NCBI GenBank assembly: GCA_963662315.1
Contig: OY759353.1
Coordinates: 192,001 to 256,000, forward strand
Direction of reading: 5' to 3'
DNA length: 64,000 bases
From: Geopsychrobacteraceae bacterium
GTDB taxonomy: Bacteria > Desulfobacterota > Desulfuromonadia > Desulfuromonadales > Geopsychrobacteraceae
The notes below the pieces were generated by a model. It worked only from the letters and a program-made list of their open reading frames with translations, had not been told where the DNA came from and did no database searches. This document shows, piece after piece, positions 41,702 through 52,587 of the stretch. Numbering within the stretch: the stretch's first letter is position 1; every line of letters starts with the position of its first letter. A program made the position numbers and the translations under genes.

Positions 41702-43054
41702 GTGAAAAAGATAACATTTCTATTCGTGGGGTTATTACTCTTTACCTCATCATTTTCTTTTTGTCAGAATAATGAAGATTCAGCTTCCCCGGAGCCGTTT
41801 TCTCTGTTTGGTCATTTTTTGGAAGATACTCTTGGAGTCAAGGCCTTTGGTTATTTGAAGGTCGGATACTCCAAAAATGACACCAGCACACATTCAGAGT
41901 CAGCAGGTGGAAGTTCAAATCACCCTGTAGCCGGGCCTTCCGACGAACAGCTGCAATTTAATTCGTTCATTGTTGCACTGAACCGTCCTATCAAATCAAG
42001 TATTATTCCCAGGGCAACTCCCTTGCCAGGGCCAAAACCAGAAGAATTTTCCTGGGGATTTTGGACCGAGGTTCTTTATGGCCGAGATGCGTTACCCGCT
42101 CAAAGTTTTGGGTTTGATGATGACTGGGCAGCAAACAAAACTCCTGATGGCGTGGTTGTTGGAAGTAATAGACAGAATTATTTGGCTATGCCTCAGGCCT
42201 TTGTACAGATTTATGCGCCCTTGTACAAGGGGATGGCTCTCACTGTAGGACGGTTTGGTAGCGGCGTGGGGCATGAGATTCCCTCTAGTTGGCGCCCTTC
42301 GCCAAATGTTTTTTACTCACATACCTACACTTTTCTCTCGCAGCCGGACCAGGTTACAGGCGCTCTTCTTTCGGCGAAGCTCATGGAAAATGGTTTTGGA
42401 ATGCTAGCAGGTGAGTTTGGGGTTGTGAATGGTCGTCAGAATTGGCAGGACAATAATGATGATAAGAGTTTTATCGGAGCTTTACGCTGGCGCAGTTCTG
42501 ATATGTCGACCTGGCTGGATTACAGTTTTATGGTTGGCAATGAACAGAATGATCTGAATAAAATATCAGAACCTCAGATGCCGACATCAAGGGTAATTTC
42601 TCCTCGTGGACAGCTGCGTGAGCACCATTCTCTGTCTTTAACTATGCACCCTGTCTCTAAACTCACCACAACTGCCGAGGTCGTTTACGGTAAACAGCAT
42701 GCCGATGGACGTGCCGACACTATCGATGCGTTAACGGGCCCCTACTATGAAGGGGGATCGTATATGGGAGCATACCTGCAGGTTGTCTATGATCACAGTA
42801 AAACTCTTCGCTACGCAATCAGGGGCGAGCATTTCAGAGATCGCAAAAATGTGGCTTTATTTCCCGTAGCCTCCACGCCAGGAGATTTCAACGCGGTTAC
42901 CGCAGGTGTTCAATGGGATGCCCATCCAAACATTTTGATTCGCCCTGAAATTCGCTATGACTGGCAAACCCATAATGATGGTGTGAATGCCTTTGGAAAC
43001 GGAAGGGATGATAAACAAACTACCGTTTCTGTTGATCTCACACTTTATTTCTAA
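41702..43054 (+). CDS. Outer-membrane beta-barrel porin
   Basis: GTG start with AAGGGAG RBS, signal peptide, IRPEIRYDW, C-terminal YF. Confidence 0.75.
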   Translation: MKKITFLFVGLLLFTSSFSFCQNNEDSASPEPFSLFGHFLEDTLGVKAFGYLKVGYSKNDTSTHSESAGGSSNHPVAGPSDEQLQFNSFIVALNRPIKSSIIPRATPLPGPKPEEFSWGFWTEVLYGRDALPAQSFGFDDDWAANKTPDGVVVGSNRQNYLAMPQAFVQIYAPLYKGMALTVGRFGSGVGHEIPSSWRPSPNVFYSHTYTFLSQPDQVTGALLSAKLMENGFGMLAGEFGVVNGRQNWQDNNDDKSFIGALRWRSSDMSTWLDYSFMVGNEQNDLNKISEPQMPTSRVISPRGQLREHHSLSLTMHPVSKLTTTAEVVYGKQHADGRADTIDALTGPYYEGGSYMGAYLQVVYDHSKTLRYAIRGEHFRDRKNVALFPVASTPGDFNAVTAGVQWDAHPNILIRPEIRYDWQTHNDGVNAFGNGRDDKQTTVSVDLTLYF

Positions 43055-43132
43055 GTGGAAGCCTCATCGTTCGTCTATGTCGTTCGTTATTGAGAAATCG
43101 AAACCGAGCTTATTGGCTCGAAGGAGATAGTT

Positions 43133-44497
43133 ATGGATAGCGCGCAAAAAATTGTTATAGAGGAAGTTGACGAGGTTGAAGAGCAGGAATTGCTTGAACA
43201 TAATGCTCAACTTCAGAGTGAGAATACAAAGATTAATTTTTCTAAGGGTTGGTTGATTATTTTCTATTGCACAGCGATGTTTTTCCTGCTTATCGGTTTT
43301 TCCATCGACGGGTTGAATATCGTTGCGCCTGCATTTTCCAAGGCTTCTGGTATTGAATACTCAGCCGTTCTGGGTGTTTCTGCCATCGCAGGTTTTGCCG
43401 GGCTGATAGCCTACTTTGTTATTGGCCGGTTAAACATCAGGTTTGGAGCCAGGATCATTTCCGGAGTCTGCCTGATTGGCTCAGGAATCTCATACTATTT
43501 CTGGGGCCATGCAACCAGCCTTGTCGGCTATACCATCTCAATGATCTGTGTCGTCAGTTTTATCAACGGCGCATCCTATATTGCTGGAGGAGCCTTGGTC
43601 GCGCAGTGGTTTCCCAAAAAGAAGGGGTTAGTCAACGGCTTTACGACGATGGGTCACAATATGGGCTCAGCTTTTTATGTGCCTCTTATAGCTTTTTTAA
43701 TCGGCGCATATGGCTATCAGTCCGGAATGAGTATGGCATCCGTTCTTGCTGTTATCCTGGGGATATTCGGTCTGATATTTATCCGGAACATGCCTCAGGA
43801 TAGAGGGATGTTGCCGGACAATGTGACCAAAGAAGTATATGAAAAAGAATATTTTACGGCAGAGGTGGAAGATGAGGATTATGGCTGGACAGTTTCTAAA
43901 CTTCTGAAAACAAAAGAGCTTTGGCTTTGTTCGATCATTGTTGGTTTGAATCAACTGGTGACAACCGGTGTTATGAGTCAACTCGTGGTACGCAACAGTG
44001 GGATTGGTTTTGATATTGCGTTTTGTGTCAAGCTGATGACCGTCTGCGCCGTTATCGGTGTCGCAGGAAGTTACCTGTTTGGTTGGATCGATCAGAAATA
44101 TGGCGTCAAAAGATCGATAATGCTGTTCCTTGGCTGGTATATGCTTGCCTTACTGGTCAATATTACCGATACCAAAATGGGGGTTCTTATTTCCGTTCCC
44201 ATGATTGGTGTGGCTATTGGGGCCGCTGCAAACTTCATTATTTCCTTACCTGCCTCAGTCTTTGGGCGTCATGGGTTCGCAAAGGTCTATTCAGTATATT
44301 TCCCGATTATGAGTGCTGTCCTATTCAGTAACTATATAATCAATGCACTGGCATTAAAGATAGGTGGAAGTCTACGGGGTGCTTACATGGTGTTTGTCGT
44401 CTTTCTCCTGATCAATATTGTGCTGATTAAAGTTTTGAATGTCAGAAAGTATAACCGAGATTATATGACCGAGGAAGAGCTGTTTAAGCATAAATAA
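43133..44497 (+). CDS. MFS transporter
   Basis: QWFPKKKGLVNG and GWIDQKYG motifs; about 12 TM segments. Confidence 0.85.
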   Translation: MDSAQKIVIEEVDEVEEQELLEHNAQLQSENTKINFSKGWLIIFYCTAMFFLLIGFSIDGLNIVAPAFSKASGIEYSAVLGVSAIAGFAGLIAYFVIGRLNIRFGARIISGVCLIGSGISYYFWGHATSLVGYTISMICVVSFINGASYIAGGALVAQWFPKKKGLVNGFTTMGHNMGSAFYVPLIAFLIGAYGYQSGMSMASVLAVILGIFGLIFIRNMPQDRGMLPDNVTKEVYEKEYFTAEVEDEDYGWTVSKLLKTKELWLCSIIVGLNQLVTTGVMSQLVVRNSGIGFDIAFCVKLMTVCAVIGVAGSYLFGWIDQKYGVKRSIMLFLGWYMLALLVNITDTKMGVLISVPMIGVAIGAAANFIISLPASVFGRHGFAKVYSVYFPIMSAVLFSNYIINALALKIGGSLRGAYMVFVVFLLINIVLIKVLNVRKYNRDYMTEEELFKHK

Positions 44498-44554
44498 TTG
44501 ATTCATGGTGATGAGCGTAAATTTCAAAATAATCATTAATTGGAGATGTTAAAA

Positions 44555-45721
44555 ATGACCATATTTGAATATGCCCAAACTCCTCCTGTCATATTTGGTG
44601 TTGGTGCGATCAAAAAATTGGATGAAGAGATCAACAAACTTGGTTGCAAAAAGATTCTTTGCGTTTTCGATGATGGCGTAAAAAAAGCGGGGATCAGTGG
44701 GCAGGTTGAAAAAGTTTTACAGGATGCGGATATTGAGTATCTGGTTTTCGATAATGTTATGGCCGATCCACCAGATACCATGCTGGATGAGATGGGGCTG
44801 GCTGCCAGAGAAGCTGAAATTGATTGTGTTGTCGGGATTGGCGGTGGCTCAAGTATGGACACAGCAAAAGCTATTTCAATTTTGCAAAAGCATGATTTTC
44901 CGATTCGTCAACATCTTAATACCGATGGTCCTCCGTTCACTCTGGCTGGTGGGGTACCGGTTATTCTGGTTCCGACTTCCTCCGGTACCGGTAGCGAAGT
45001 GACTCGGATGTGTATTGTTTCCTATGTTGATATCAATGCCAAAATACCAATTTTCACCTCTGGAACTCTTGCTATTGTTGATCCCGAGCTGAGCAAGAGT
45101 GCGCCGGCTGGAGTCACGGCCAACACTGGCCTCGATGCTTTTGCTCACGCAGCGGAGGCGATTACTGCTAATAACGGTAACCCTTATTCCGAGGTCTTGG
45201 CGATTGAGGCTATAAAACGTATCGCCAAATATCTTCCTGTCGCCTATGCCGATGGAAACAATATCGAAGCCCGCACAGAAATGAGTCTGGCCGCAAACTG
45301 GGCAGGGATCGCTTTTTCCATTACTGATGTTCATATCGGACATGCAAGTGCCGACTCAATTGCGGCCAACTACCACACACCTCATGGCCTCAATTGTGCC
45401 TGGGTCACTCCTTCTGTCCTGCAGCTCGTCGCAACCAAGGTACCGGAGAAGGTAAAACTTATCGGTGAAGCTTTGGGAGTTGATCTGTCCGGCAACGAAA
45501 CCCCAGAAGAGATTGGCAAAAAAACGGCTGATGCTTGCCGCAATCTCATGAAAAGAGTTGGCGTCAAAAGTCTCGAAGAGTGTGAATTTGACAGAAATGT
45601 CATTGTTTCTAAAGGTGCTGCGTATACAGCTAATCACCCTCTGAGATTCAATTGCCCGGTTGAAATTGATGAAGCTGCCGCCTCGTATATACTGAGTTCA
45701 GCCTACGACGACTACAAATAA
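44555..45721 (+). CDS. Iron-containing alcohol dehydrogenase family protein (atypical HASAD motif)
   Basis: GGGSSMD, TSSGTGSE, DAFAH, GHASAD..PHG. Confidence 0.8.
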   Translation: MTIFEYAQTPPVIFGVGAIKKLDEEINKLGCKKILCVFDDGVKKAGISGQVEKVLQDADIEYLVFDNVMADPPDTMLDEMGLAAREAEIDCVVGIGGGSSMDTAKAISILQKHDFPIRQHLNTDGPPFTLAGGVPVILVPTSSGTGSEVTRMCIVSYVDINAKIPIFTSGTLAIVDPELSKSAPAGVTANTGLDAFAHAAEAITANNGNPYSEVLAIEAIKRIAKYLPVAYADGNNIEARTEMSLAANWAGIAFSITDVHIGHASADSIAANYHTPHGLNCAWVTPSVLQLVATKVPEKVKLIGEALGVDLSGNETPEEIGKKTADACRNLMKRVGVKSLEECEFDRNVIVSKGAAYTANHPLRFNCPVEIDEAAASYILSSAYDDYK

Positions 45722-45791
45722 AGGGGATGGCCGATGACATAGTTGTCGCCATGATCCAGAGTTAAAATTTTTTATATGGATAGGAGAAAAC

Positions 45792-47252
45792 ATGGAATTG
45801 CTCAGTACGTATGGATCTTTCATTAACGGATCATTTGTCGAAAAAACGACAGAAAAAATTATTTCCGATTATAACCCCACAAATGGCGAACTTTTGGCCC
45901 AGCTGATGACCGCGGATGTTGACTGTTTGGAGGATGCCGTCACCAGCTCTCAAAATGCATTAAAAGAATGGCGAAAGACGACCAAAGCCTATAGAGCAAA
46001 AGTACTGAACGAGATGGCTGATATCGTGGATGCGAATGCTTCTTTTCTGGCAGAAATTGAGGCGCGCGACGTTGGCAAACCCATTGGAGAAGCAACAATG
46101 CAAATGGGTATGTGCAGTTCCATGTATCGTTACTTTGCAGCGGCGATTATTGCCGAAGATGATATTCTTGTAAGCCATGATAATGGCAGCATTTCCGCAG
46201 TCGTGCGCGAACCTCTCGGCGTTGTCGGCCTGATTTTGCCATGGAATGCACCGGCCATGCTGCTGTCCTGGAAACTGGCTCCAGCACTGGCAACTGGGAA
46301 TTGTGTCATCATTAAGCCGGCAACCGCGGCTCCTCTGGTAATCCTTGAATTGGCCAGATTGTGGAAGGATGTCATTCCTGCCGGGGTACTGAATGTTCTC
46401 ATTGGCAGCGCCGTAGGTGAACCCATGCTGCACCACCCCGGCATTTCTAAGTTTTCATTTACCGGATCGACAGAAGTCGGAAGTCATATTGGCGAAGTTG
46501 CGGGAAGAAACATTGTCCCCTGTACTTTGGAGCTGGGTGGAAAATCGGCAAATATTATTTTCGAAGATGCCCAGTTGGATCGCGCTTTACAGCTTTCTAT
46601 CCTAGGGGTTTTGGCCTCCAATGGTGAAGTGTGTGTCGCTGGCTCTCGTCTTTTTGTGCATGAGAGCATCTATGATTCCTTTTTGGAAAAATTAAAGGAA
46701 AAGTTCGAATCGATCACTGTTGGCGATCCAACTAAATACGAGACTCAAATGGGACCAGCGGTTAATGAAGGTCAAATGAAGAGTGTTCTCGAGTATATTG
46801 AAATCGGTAAAAGCGAGGGGGCAAGGTTGGTATGTGGTGGTAAGCGCTTAACGGGTGGCGATTATGATAAAGGTTATTTTATTGCTCCGACCATTTTTGC
46901 CGATGTGGATAATACCATGCGAATTGCACGTGAGGAAATCTTTGGACCTGTTTTGACTGTGCTGAAGTTTAAAACAGAAGAAGACGTCATTAAAATGGCT
47001 AATGATTCAGATTATGGGCTTGGAGCCGGGGTTTGGACAACAAATCTTAGTCGTGCCATGAGGGTTTCACGTGCTTTGGACGCTGGTACGGTCTGGGTTA
47101 ATGATTACCTGACCTCAACACCAGGAAATCCTTTTGGTGGCTATAAAAAATCCGGTATCGGTAGAGAGATTCATAAACTTGCGATGCAGTATTACACCAA
47201 TGTCAAAAACATCTGCTTTTGTGGTGACGAAGGTGTTCCGCCAATCTTTTAA
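45792..47252 (+). CDS. NAD(P)-dependent aldehyde dehydrogenase
   Basis: PWNAP, FTGSTEVG, LELGGKS, GEVCVAG, EEIFGP, PFGGYKKSG. Confidence 0.92.
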   Translation: MELLSTYGSFINGSFVEKTTEKIISDYNPTNGELLAQLMTADVDCLEDAVTSSQNALKEWRKTTKAYRAKVLNEMADIVDANASFLAEIEARDVGKPIGEATMQMGMCSSMYRYFAAAIIAEDDILVSHDNGSISAVVREPLGVVGLILPWNAPAMLLSWKLAPALATGNCVIIKPATAAPLVILELARLWKDVIPAGVLNVLIGSAVGEPMLHHPGISKFSFTGSTEVGSHIGEVAGRNIVPCTLELGGKSANIIFEDAQLDRALQLSILGVLASNGEVCVAGSRLFVHESIYDSFLEKLKEKFESITVGDPTKYETQMGPAVNEGQMKSVLEYIEIGKSEGARLVCGGKRLTGGDYDKGYFIAPTIFADVDNTMRIAREEIFGPVLTVLKFKTEEDVIKMANDSDYGLGAGVWTTNLSRAMRVSRALDAGTVWVNDYLTSTPGNPFGGYKKSGIGREIHKLAMQYYTNVKNICFCGDEGVPPIF

Positions 47253-47266
47253 ATTGATCTATTTGT

Positions 47267-47300
47267 CGGAGCGCCCTCTCTGTTCCGGGTGGGCGCTCCG
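47267..47300 (+). terminator. Intra-operon hairpin
   Basis: CGGAGCGCCC / GGGCGCTCCG. Confidence 0.5.
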
Positions 47301-47338
47301 GCCTATTTTGTTCAGGAACGTTTAAGGAATCAATCCAT

Positions 47339-48541
47339 ATGCGTAATGTTGTCATAGTAGAGGCCTGCCGTACTGCGGTAGGTAAATTCGGGGGAACACT
47401 CAAACCACTGCAGGCGGAAGACCTTGCTCTTGCCGTTATGAAGGGGGCACTTGAGCGCAGTGGTTTAGACCCAAAAGAAATCGACGAAGTTGTTATTGGG
47501 CAGTGCCGTCAGTCTTCCGATAGCTCCAATATCGCGCGTGTTGCGGCTTTACGCGCTGGTATTCCTGAAGAGACGCCTGCCAATACCGTTATGTGTGCTT
47601 GTGCTTCCGGCATGCTGGCTGCCAACAATGCCGCCAACTCCATTATGGTTGGACAGAATGATGTTGTCCTTGCCGGCGGTACCGAGCATATGACCAATGG
47701 CATTTTTTATTTAAGCAATGCCCGGTGGGGAGTGGGCACCGGCAGTACCGAATTTAAGGATTGCCTGACCGAGGCGCAATTCACATCGCAGCCGCAGGAC
47801 CTTTATGGTCGATTCAATATGGGGATGACGGCGGAGAATGTCGCCGAGAAGATGGGCATTTCCCGGGAAGATCAGGATGCCTTTGCAGTGCTGTCGCAAG
47901 AGCGAGCAGCGAAAGCAATTGCCGATGGGCGTTTTAAGGATGAAATCATTCCTCTTAGCGTGCCTCAAGGCCGCAAGCAGGATTCTGTTATTTTCGACAC
48001 CGACGAATTTCCTAGGCTTTCATCTCTGGCGGCCCTGGCTAAGTTGAAACCAGCGTTTAAAAAGGATGGTTGTGTCACAGCGGGCAATGCCTCCGGCCGT
48101 AACGATGGCGCTTCCATTTTATTGATGATGGCTGCGGACAAAGCCGCTGCGCTCGGCATGAAGCCGCTGGCCAAAGTTCGTGCCATTGCCGCCGCTGGTG
48201 TTGACCCACGTTATATGGGGATAGGTCCCGTTCCGGCCACCAGAAAGGCTCTACAGATGGCTGGACTTAGCCTGGATGATGTCGAACTTATTGAGCTTAA
48301 TGAGGCCTTCGCAGCCCAGTCTCTTGGCTGCATCCGAGAACTCGGTCTCGATCATAAAATGGATATCATTAATGTCAATGGAGGAGCCATTGCTCTAGGT
48401 CATCCGATTGGTTCTTCTGGTAGCCGGATTATGGTGAGCTTAATCCATGAGATGCGTAAACGGCATTTGAATATAGGCCTGGCCACCCTCTGTATTGCTG
48501 GAGGTATGGGGATGGCTGCTGTCTTGGAGACGACCTGTTAA
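47339..48541 (+). CDS. Thiolase (acetyl-CoA C-acyltransferase), copy 1
   Basis: [31 protein letters not shown]. Confidence 0.92.
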   Translation: MRNVVIVEACRTAVGKFGGTLKPLQAEDLALAVMKGALERSGLDPKEIDEVVIGQCRQSSDSSNIARVAALRAGIPEETPANTVMCACASGMLAANNAANSIMVGQNDVVLAGGTEHMTNGIFYLSNARWGVGTGSTEFKDCLTEAQFTSQPQDLYGRFNMGMTAENVAEKMGISREDQDAFAVLSQERAAKAIADGRFKDEIIPLSVPQGRKQDSVIFDTDEFPRLSSLAALAKLKPAFKKDGCVTAGNASGRNDGASILLMMAADKAAALGMKPLAKVRAIAAAGVDPRYMGIGPVPATRKALQMAGLSLDDVELIELNEAFAAQSLGCIRELGLDHKMDIINVNGGAIALGHPIGSSGSRIMVSLIHEMRKRHLNIGLATLCIAGGMGMAAVLETTC

Positions 48542-48623
48542 GAAAAAACAAGGCTAATTGGCCTAACCGTAACGCCAGCGGAAGAACGTTGCCTTTGAAC
48601 AATATACTTATGGGATTCACCGG

Positions 48624-49535
48624 TTATGTTTTTGCTGGTGAATCACTTTCATCAAGAAGATATTCTCTGAGAATGCCGATAAAGCTTTCTACCATCCGTT
48701 TAGGATAGGGCGTGAGACGATAAGAGATACCAGCGGAAGAATCCCAAAAGGTTCCTTTGTGAGGAATTTGGGCTATGTCAAATTTTGCCGCGTCTTCTAG
48801 CATACGTTCAGGTATGTGCGCTAGAAATTTTCCGGTACTAAGAATTTTCATCATGGCTATCGGATTTGTCTCAATTGCCAGGTTCGGAGGCTCAAGTCCG
48901 TTAGCAGAAAAGAAAGATCTGATTCTGCGGTCGCCAACATTGTCTTTGGTCAGGACAACCCAGGGATAAGCTTTGAGCTCCTCGGCGCTGACGGTTTCCT
49001 GCTGCGCTAAGGGGTGATTTACTGAGGCAACAACAACATGCTGAATATTGATTAAGTTTTCAGTCACGATTTCAGAATGACCGGAAAAGTCCAGACTCGT
49101 ACAAGCCAGGTCGATTTTCCCCTCAAGTAACCCCGATTGAATAGTATCAATGACTCCTAGCTCCAATTTAATATGGATATTAGGGTACTGGCTGTGAAAC
49201 TTAGCTAAAACCGGAGGTAGAATAGTTGTCATCCAAACGGGGCCTGCTGCGATCCTCAAGATCCCGGCAATTCCGGTCTGAATGGCTTTGATTTCAGCAA
49301 GAGCGTGACGATACTCCAAATCCATCAAACGCGCCCGCCGGGCAAGAGCTTCTCCTTCCAGGGTCAGGATGACCCCTTTCTGATGCCGTTCAAAAAGAGG
49401 AACACCAATATCTTTTTCAAGTTGCTTAATACTTTTGGTTAGAGCTGGTTGGCTAATGTGCAATGCATCGGCTGCAGCTGTTACGTTATGGTGTTCAGCA
49501 ACCGCCAAAAAGTGTTTCAAGATACGTGACTGCAT
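48624..49535 (-). CDS. LysR-family transcriptional regulator
   Basis: FLAVAEHHNVTAAADALHISQPALTKSIKQLE HTH; divergent from atoB. Confidence 0.92.
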   Translation of the reverse strand: MQSRILKHFLAVAEHHNVTAAADALHISQPALTKSIKQLEKDIGVPLFERHQKGVILTLEGEALARRARLMDLEYRHALAEIKAIQTGIAGILRIAAGPVWMTTILPPVLAKFHSQYPNIHIKLELGVIDTIQSGLLEGKIDLACTSLDFSGHSEIVTENLINIQHVVVASVNHPLAQQETVSAEELKAYPWVVLTKDNVGDRRIRSFFSANGLEPPNLAIETNPIAMMKILSTGKFLAHIPERMLEDAAKFDIAQIPHKGTFWDSSAGISYRLTPYPKRMVESFIGILREYLLDESDSPAKT

Positions 49536-49590
49536 ATAAACAACCTTGTGTTTTTGGTAAGTAGCTAAAATAATAAACATTCAGTAGTAT

Positions 49591-49655
49591 ATAACAAAAA
49601 GTTATGGATTTGGAGAAAACTTGTATTAGCGCCGAGAAAGTCAATTCTTTAATAT
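49591..49655 (+). promoter_or_regulatory. LysR-type promoter, copy 3 (in the lysR/atoB divergon)
   Basis: ATAAC-AAAAA-GTTAT-GGA-N15-TATTAG-N20-TAATAT. Confidence 0.8.
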
Positions 49656-49714
49656 TCACAGGGGCATAAAAATGAATCTTACATAGAGAGATCTTAAAAT
49701 AAGTGGATGGGTGT

Positions 49715-50893
49715 ATGAAAGATATCTATATCGTTGGAGCTGTACGGACCGCAGTTGGAAATTTTAGCGGTTCTTTGGCTGGAATGAGTTCCGTGGAGTT
49801 AGGCAAGACCGCTGTTGTGGAAGCATTAAAACGTTCCGGTGTTGCTGCCGATGCCGTCGATGAAGTTATTATGGGCTGTGTGCTGCAATCCGGCAGTGGT
49901 CAGAATGTTGCCCGTCAGGTGCTGATTGCGGCAGGCATCCCGCAGGACAAGTGTGCCCAGACCCTGAATATGGTCTGTGGCTCCGGTTTGCGCACGGTTG
50001 CTGCCGCGGCGCAGGCCATTGCCGCGGGAGACTCAAGACTTGTTGTTGCTGGTGGTAGCGAGAATATGAGCATGGCGAACTACCTGCTGCCCAAAGCCCG
50101 TAACGGTTACCGCATGGGGAATGGCGAGATTGTCGACTCCATGGTTCATGACGGGCTGACGGATATCTTCAATCACTACCATATGGGGATCACCGCCGAG
50201 AACCTGGCAGAAAAGTACGCCTTAAGCCGTGAAGATCAGGATGCTTTTTCGGCGCTCAGCCAGCAACGGGCCGAAGCGGCCATTACGGCGGGTCGGTTCA
50301 AAGACGAGATCGTGCCGGTGCAGATTCCGCAGCGTAAAGGCGATCCTGTTGTTTTTGATACGGATGAATTCCCCCGTTTCGGTACAACCGCTGCATCCCT
50401 CGGCAAACTGCGTCCCGCCTTTAAAAAAGACGGCACCGTTACCGCCGGGAATGCCTCCGGTGTCAATGACGGCGCGGCCGCCATCGTTGTTGCCGGAGCG
50501 GACGCCGTCAGCGCAAAAAACCTGACACCCCTGGCGCGGATCGTCTCCTACGGCTGGCATGGTTGTGATCCGGCCATCATGGGGATCGGCCCGGTCGAAG
50601 CGACGCGGCTGGCCCTGAAAAAAGCCGGTTGGACGGTGGGTGATCTCGACCTGATCGAAGCCAACGAAGCCTTTGCTGCCCAGTCGTTGTCGGTGATGAA
50701 AGAACTGGAGCTTGATCCGGCCATCACCAACGTCAATGGCGGCGCCATCGCCCTTGGCCATCCCATCGGGGCCTCCGGAGCCCGGATCCTGACCACGCTG
50801 CTGTACGAAATGCAAAAGCGCGATGCCAAGAAAGGTCTGGCGACCTTGTGTATTGGTGGCGGCATGGGCATCGCCATGTGCGTAGAACGCTAA
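49715..50893 (+). CDS. atoB: Acetyl-CoA acetyltransferase (acetoacetyl-CoA thiolase)
   Basis: [39 protein letters not shown]. Confidence 0.9.
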   Translation: MKDIYIVGAVRTAVGNFSGSLAGMSSVELGKTAVVEALKRSGVAADAVDEVIMGCVLQSGSGQNVARQVLIAAGIPQDKCAQTLNMVCGSGLRTVAAAAQAIAAGDSRLVVAGGSENMSMANYLLPKARNGYRMGNGEIVDSMVHDGLTDIFNHYHMGITAENLAEKYALSREDQDAFSALSQQRAEAAITAGRFKDEIVPVQIPQRKGDPVVFDTDEFPRFGTTAASLGKLRPAFKKDGTVTAGNASGVNDGAAAIVVAGADAVSAKNLTPLARIVSYGWHGCDPAIMGIGPVEATRLALKKAGWTVGDLDLIEANEAFAAQSLSVMKELELDPAITNVNGGAIALGHPIGASGARILTTLLYEMQKRDAKKGLATLCIGGGMGIAMCVER

Positions 50894-50904
50894 GGGAGAT
50901 CATC

Positions 50905-51603
50905 ATGAACAAAGAAGTGACAATCGTCGAGGCCATGACGCATATCAAAAGCGGCATGACCATCATGAGTAATGGTTTTATGGGGGTCAAAAGCCCCGAA
51001 ACCATTATCGACGCCATGGTCGAACAGGGGATTAGCGACATCACCCTGATCTCCACCGACACCGCCGTACCGGGTGTCGCCACGGGGAAGTTGATCGGCA
51101 ACAAGCGGGTAAAAAAACTCTATGCCTCCCATATTGGTCTCAATCCCGAATCGGGCGCTCAGATGAATGCCGGGGAGATGGAGGTTGAACTGGTACCGCA
51201 AGGCACCCTGGCCGAGCGGATCCGCTGCGGGGGGGCCGGTCTCGGCGGCGTTCTGACCCCGACGGGAATCGGGACCGAAGTTGAAAAGGGGAAACAGAAA
51301 CTGACCGTGGGCGGCACAGAGTATTTGCTGGAACTGCCGCTGCATGCCGATGTCGCCATCATCAAAGGGACCATCTGCGATCGGGCCGGAAACGTCTTTT
51401 ACCGTGGCACCTCCAAAAACTTCAGCCTCGTCATGGCGATGGCAGCCGATTACGTCATCGTCGAAGCGGACAAGATCGTCGAAGTGGGAGAGCTTGGCCC
51501 CGAACAGATCATGACCCCCGGAGTGTTTGTCGATGCCGTCGTGCTGTCGGAGCCACAATACCGGATAGCTGAAGAGAAACTGCAGGAGGTCCTCCATGGC
51601 TGA
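50905..51603 (+). CDS. atoD: Acetoacetate/3-oxoacid CoA-transferase, alpha subunit
   Basis: SHIGLNP, PQGTLAERIRCGGAGLGGVLTPTGIGT. Confidence 0.88.
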   Translation: MNKEVTIVEAMTHIKSGMTIMSNGFMGVKSPETIIDAMVEQGISDITLISTDTAVPGVATGKLIGNKRVKKLYASHIGLNPESGAQMNAGEMEVELVPQGTLAERIRCGGAGLGGVLTPTGIGTEVEKGKQKLTVGGTEYLLELPLHADVAIIKGTICDRAGNVFYRGTSKNFSLVMAMAADYVIVEADKIVEVGELGPEQIMTPGVFVDAVVLSEPQYRIAEEKLQEVLHG

Positions 51604-52231
51604 GCTGAGCGATAAAGAGATCATTGCCAAACGCGCCGCGCAGGAACTGCAAGACGGCGACGTGATCAACCTGGGCATCGGACTGCCGACCCTGGTTTCC
51701 AACTATGTCCCGGACGGGGTGCACATCACCCTGCATGCCGAAAACGGTATCCTCGGGATGGGTCCCCTATGCGCGCCCGGAGAAGAAGACAGCGACATCA
51801 TCAATGCCGGTAACCAGCACGTACATATCCTGACCGGAGCGAGCTTCTTTGACAGCGCCACCTCCTTCGCCATCATCCGTGGCGGTCATGTTGATGTGAC
51901 GATTTTAGGAGCCCTGCAGGTCGACCAGCAGGGGAATATCGCCAGTCACGTTGTGCCGGGTAAAATGGTGCCGGGGATGGGAGGAGCGATGGATCTGGTG
52001 GCCGGAGCCAAGAAGGTCATTGTCGCCATGCAGCATACGGCAAAAGGGACTCCCAAGATCATGAAGCAGTGCACCCTGCCGCTGACCGGGGTGACATGCG
52101 TCGACATGATCATTACCGAAAAGGCCGTTTTTGAAGTGACAGACAAAGGGCTTGAACTAAAAGAGATCATGCCCGGCTCCTCCTTGGAGGATATTCAGCA
52201 GTTCACTGAAGCAGACATTGTACTTGAGTAG
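51596..52231 (+). CDS. atoA: Acetoacetate/3-oxoacid CoA-transferase, beta subunit
   Basis: NLGIGLPT, AENG (catalytic Glu), IRGGHVD, GMGGAMDL. Confidence 0.88.
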   Translation: MAELSDKEIIAKRAAQELQDGDVINLGIGLPTLVSNYVPDGVHITLHAENGILGMGPLCAPGEEDSDIINAGNQHVHILTGASFFDSATSFAIIRGGHVDVTILGALQVDQQGNIASHVVPGKMVPGMGGAMDLVAGAKKVIVAMQHTAKGTPKIMKQCTLPLTGVTCVDMIITEKAVFEVTDKGLELKEIMPGSSLEDIQQFTEADIVLE

Positions 52232-52432
52232 ATCTCTCTGCTAATTGTTCCCAACCCAAAAGGTTATTTCCGTAAGAAGGAATTCTTTTGGGTTGTTTTC
52301 CCTATGGCCCCTGTGGGGCCATTTTGCTTTCTTCCTTTTTAAAGACTGCCTCTTGTTGCCTGTCAAACTCAATGCCCTGTGTTTTATCCAGCGCCGATCC
52401 GTAACATATTGAAAAATATGTAGATAATTTCC

Positions 52433-52497
52433 ATAACCAAAAGATATGGACTTGGTGGAAAGTTGTATTAGTCATCAACAAAATGGTTGGATAAATT
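52433..52497 (+). promoter_or_regulatory. LysR-type promoter, copy 4
   Basis: ATAAC-CAAAA-GATAT-GGA-N15-TATTAG-N20-TAAATT. Confidence 0.75.
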
Positions 52498-52587
52498 CTT
52501 TTTATAAAAGATTTGAATACTTAAAGATCGTTTTAAGGTTGTGAATTTTTGTTGTCAGATTTTATCAAATCTAGAAAAGAGGAACCA

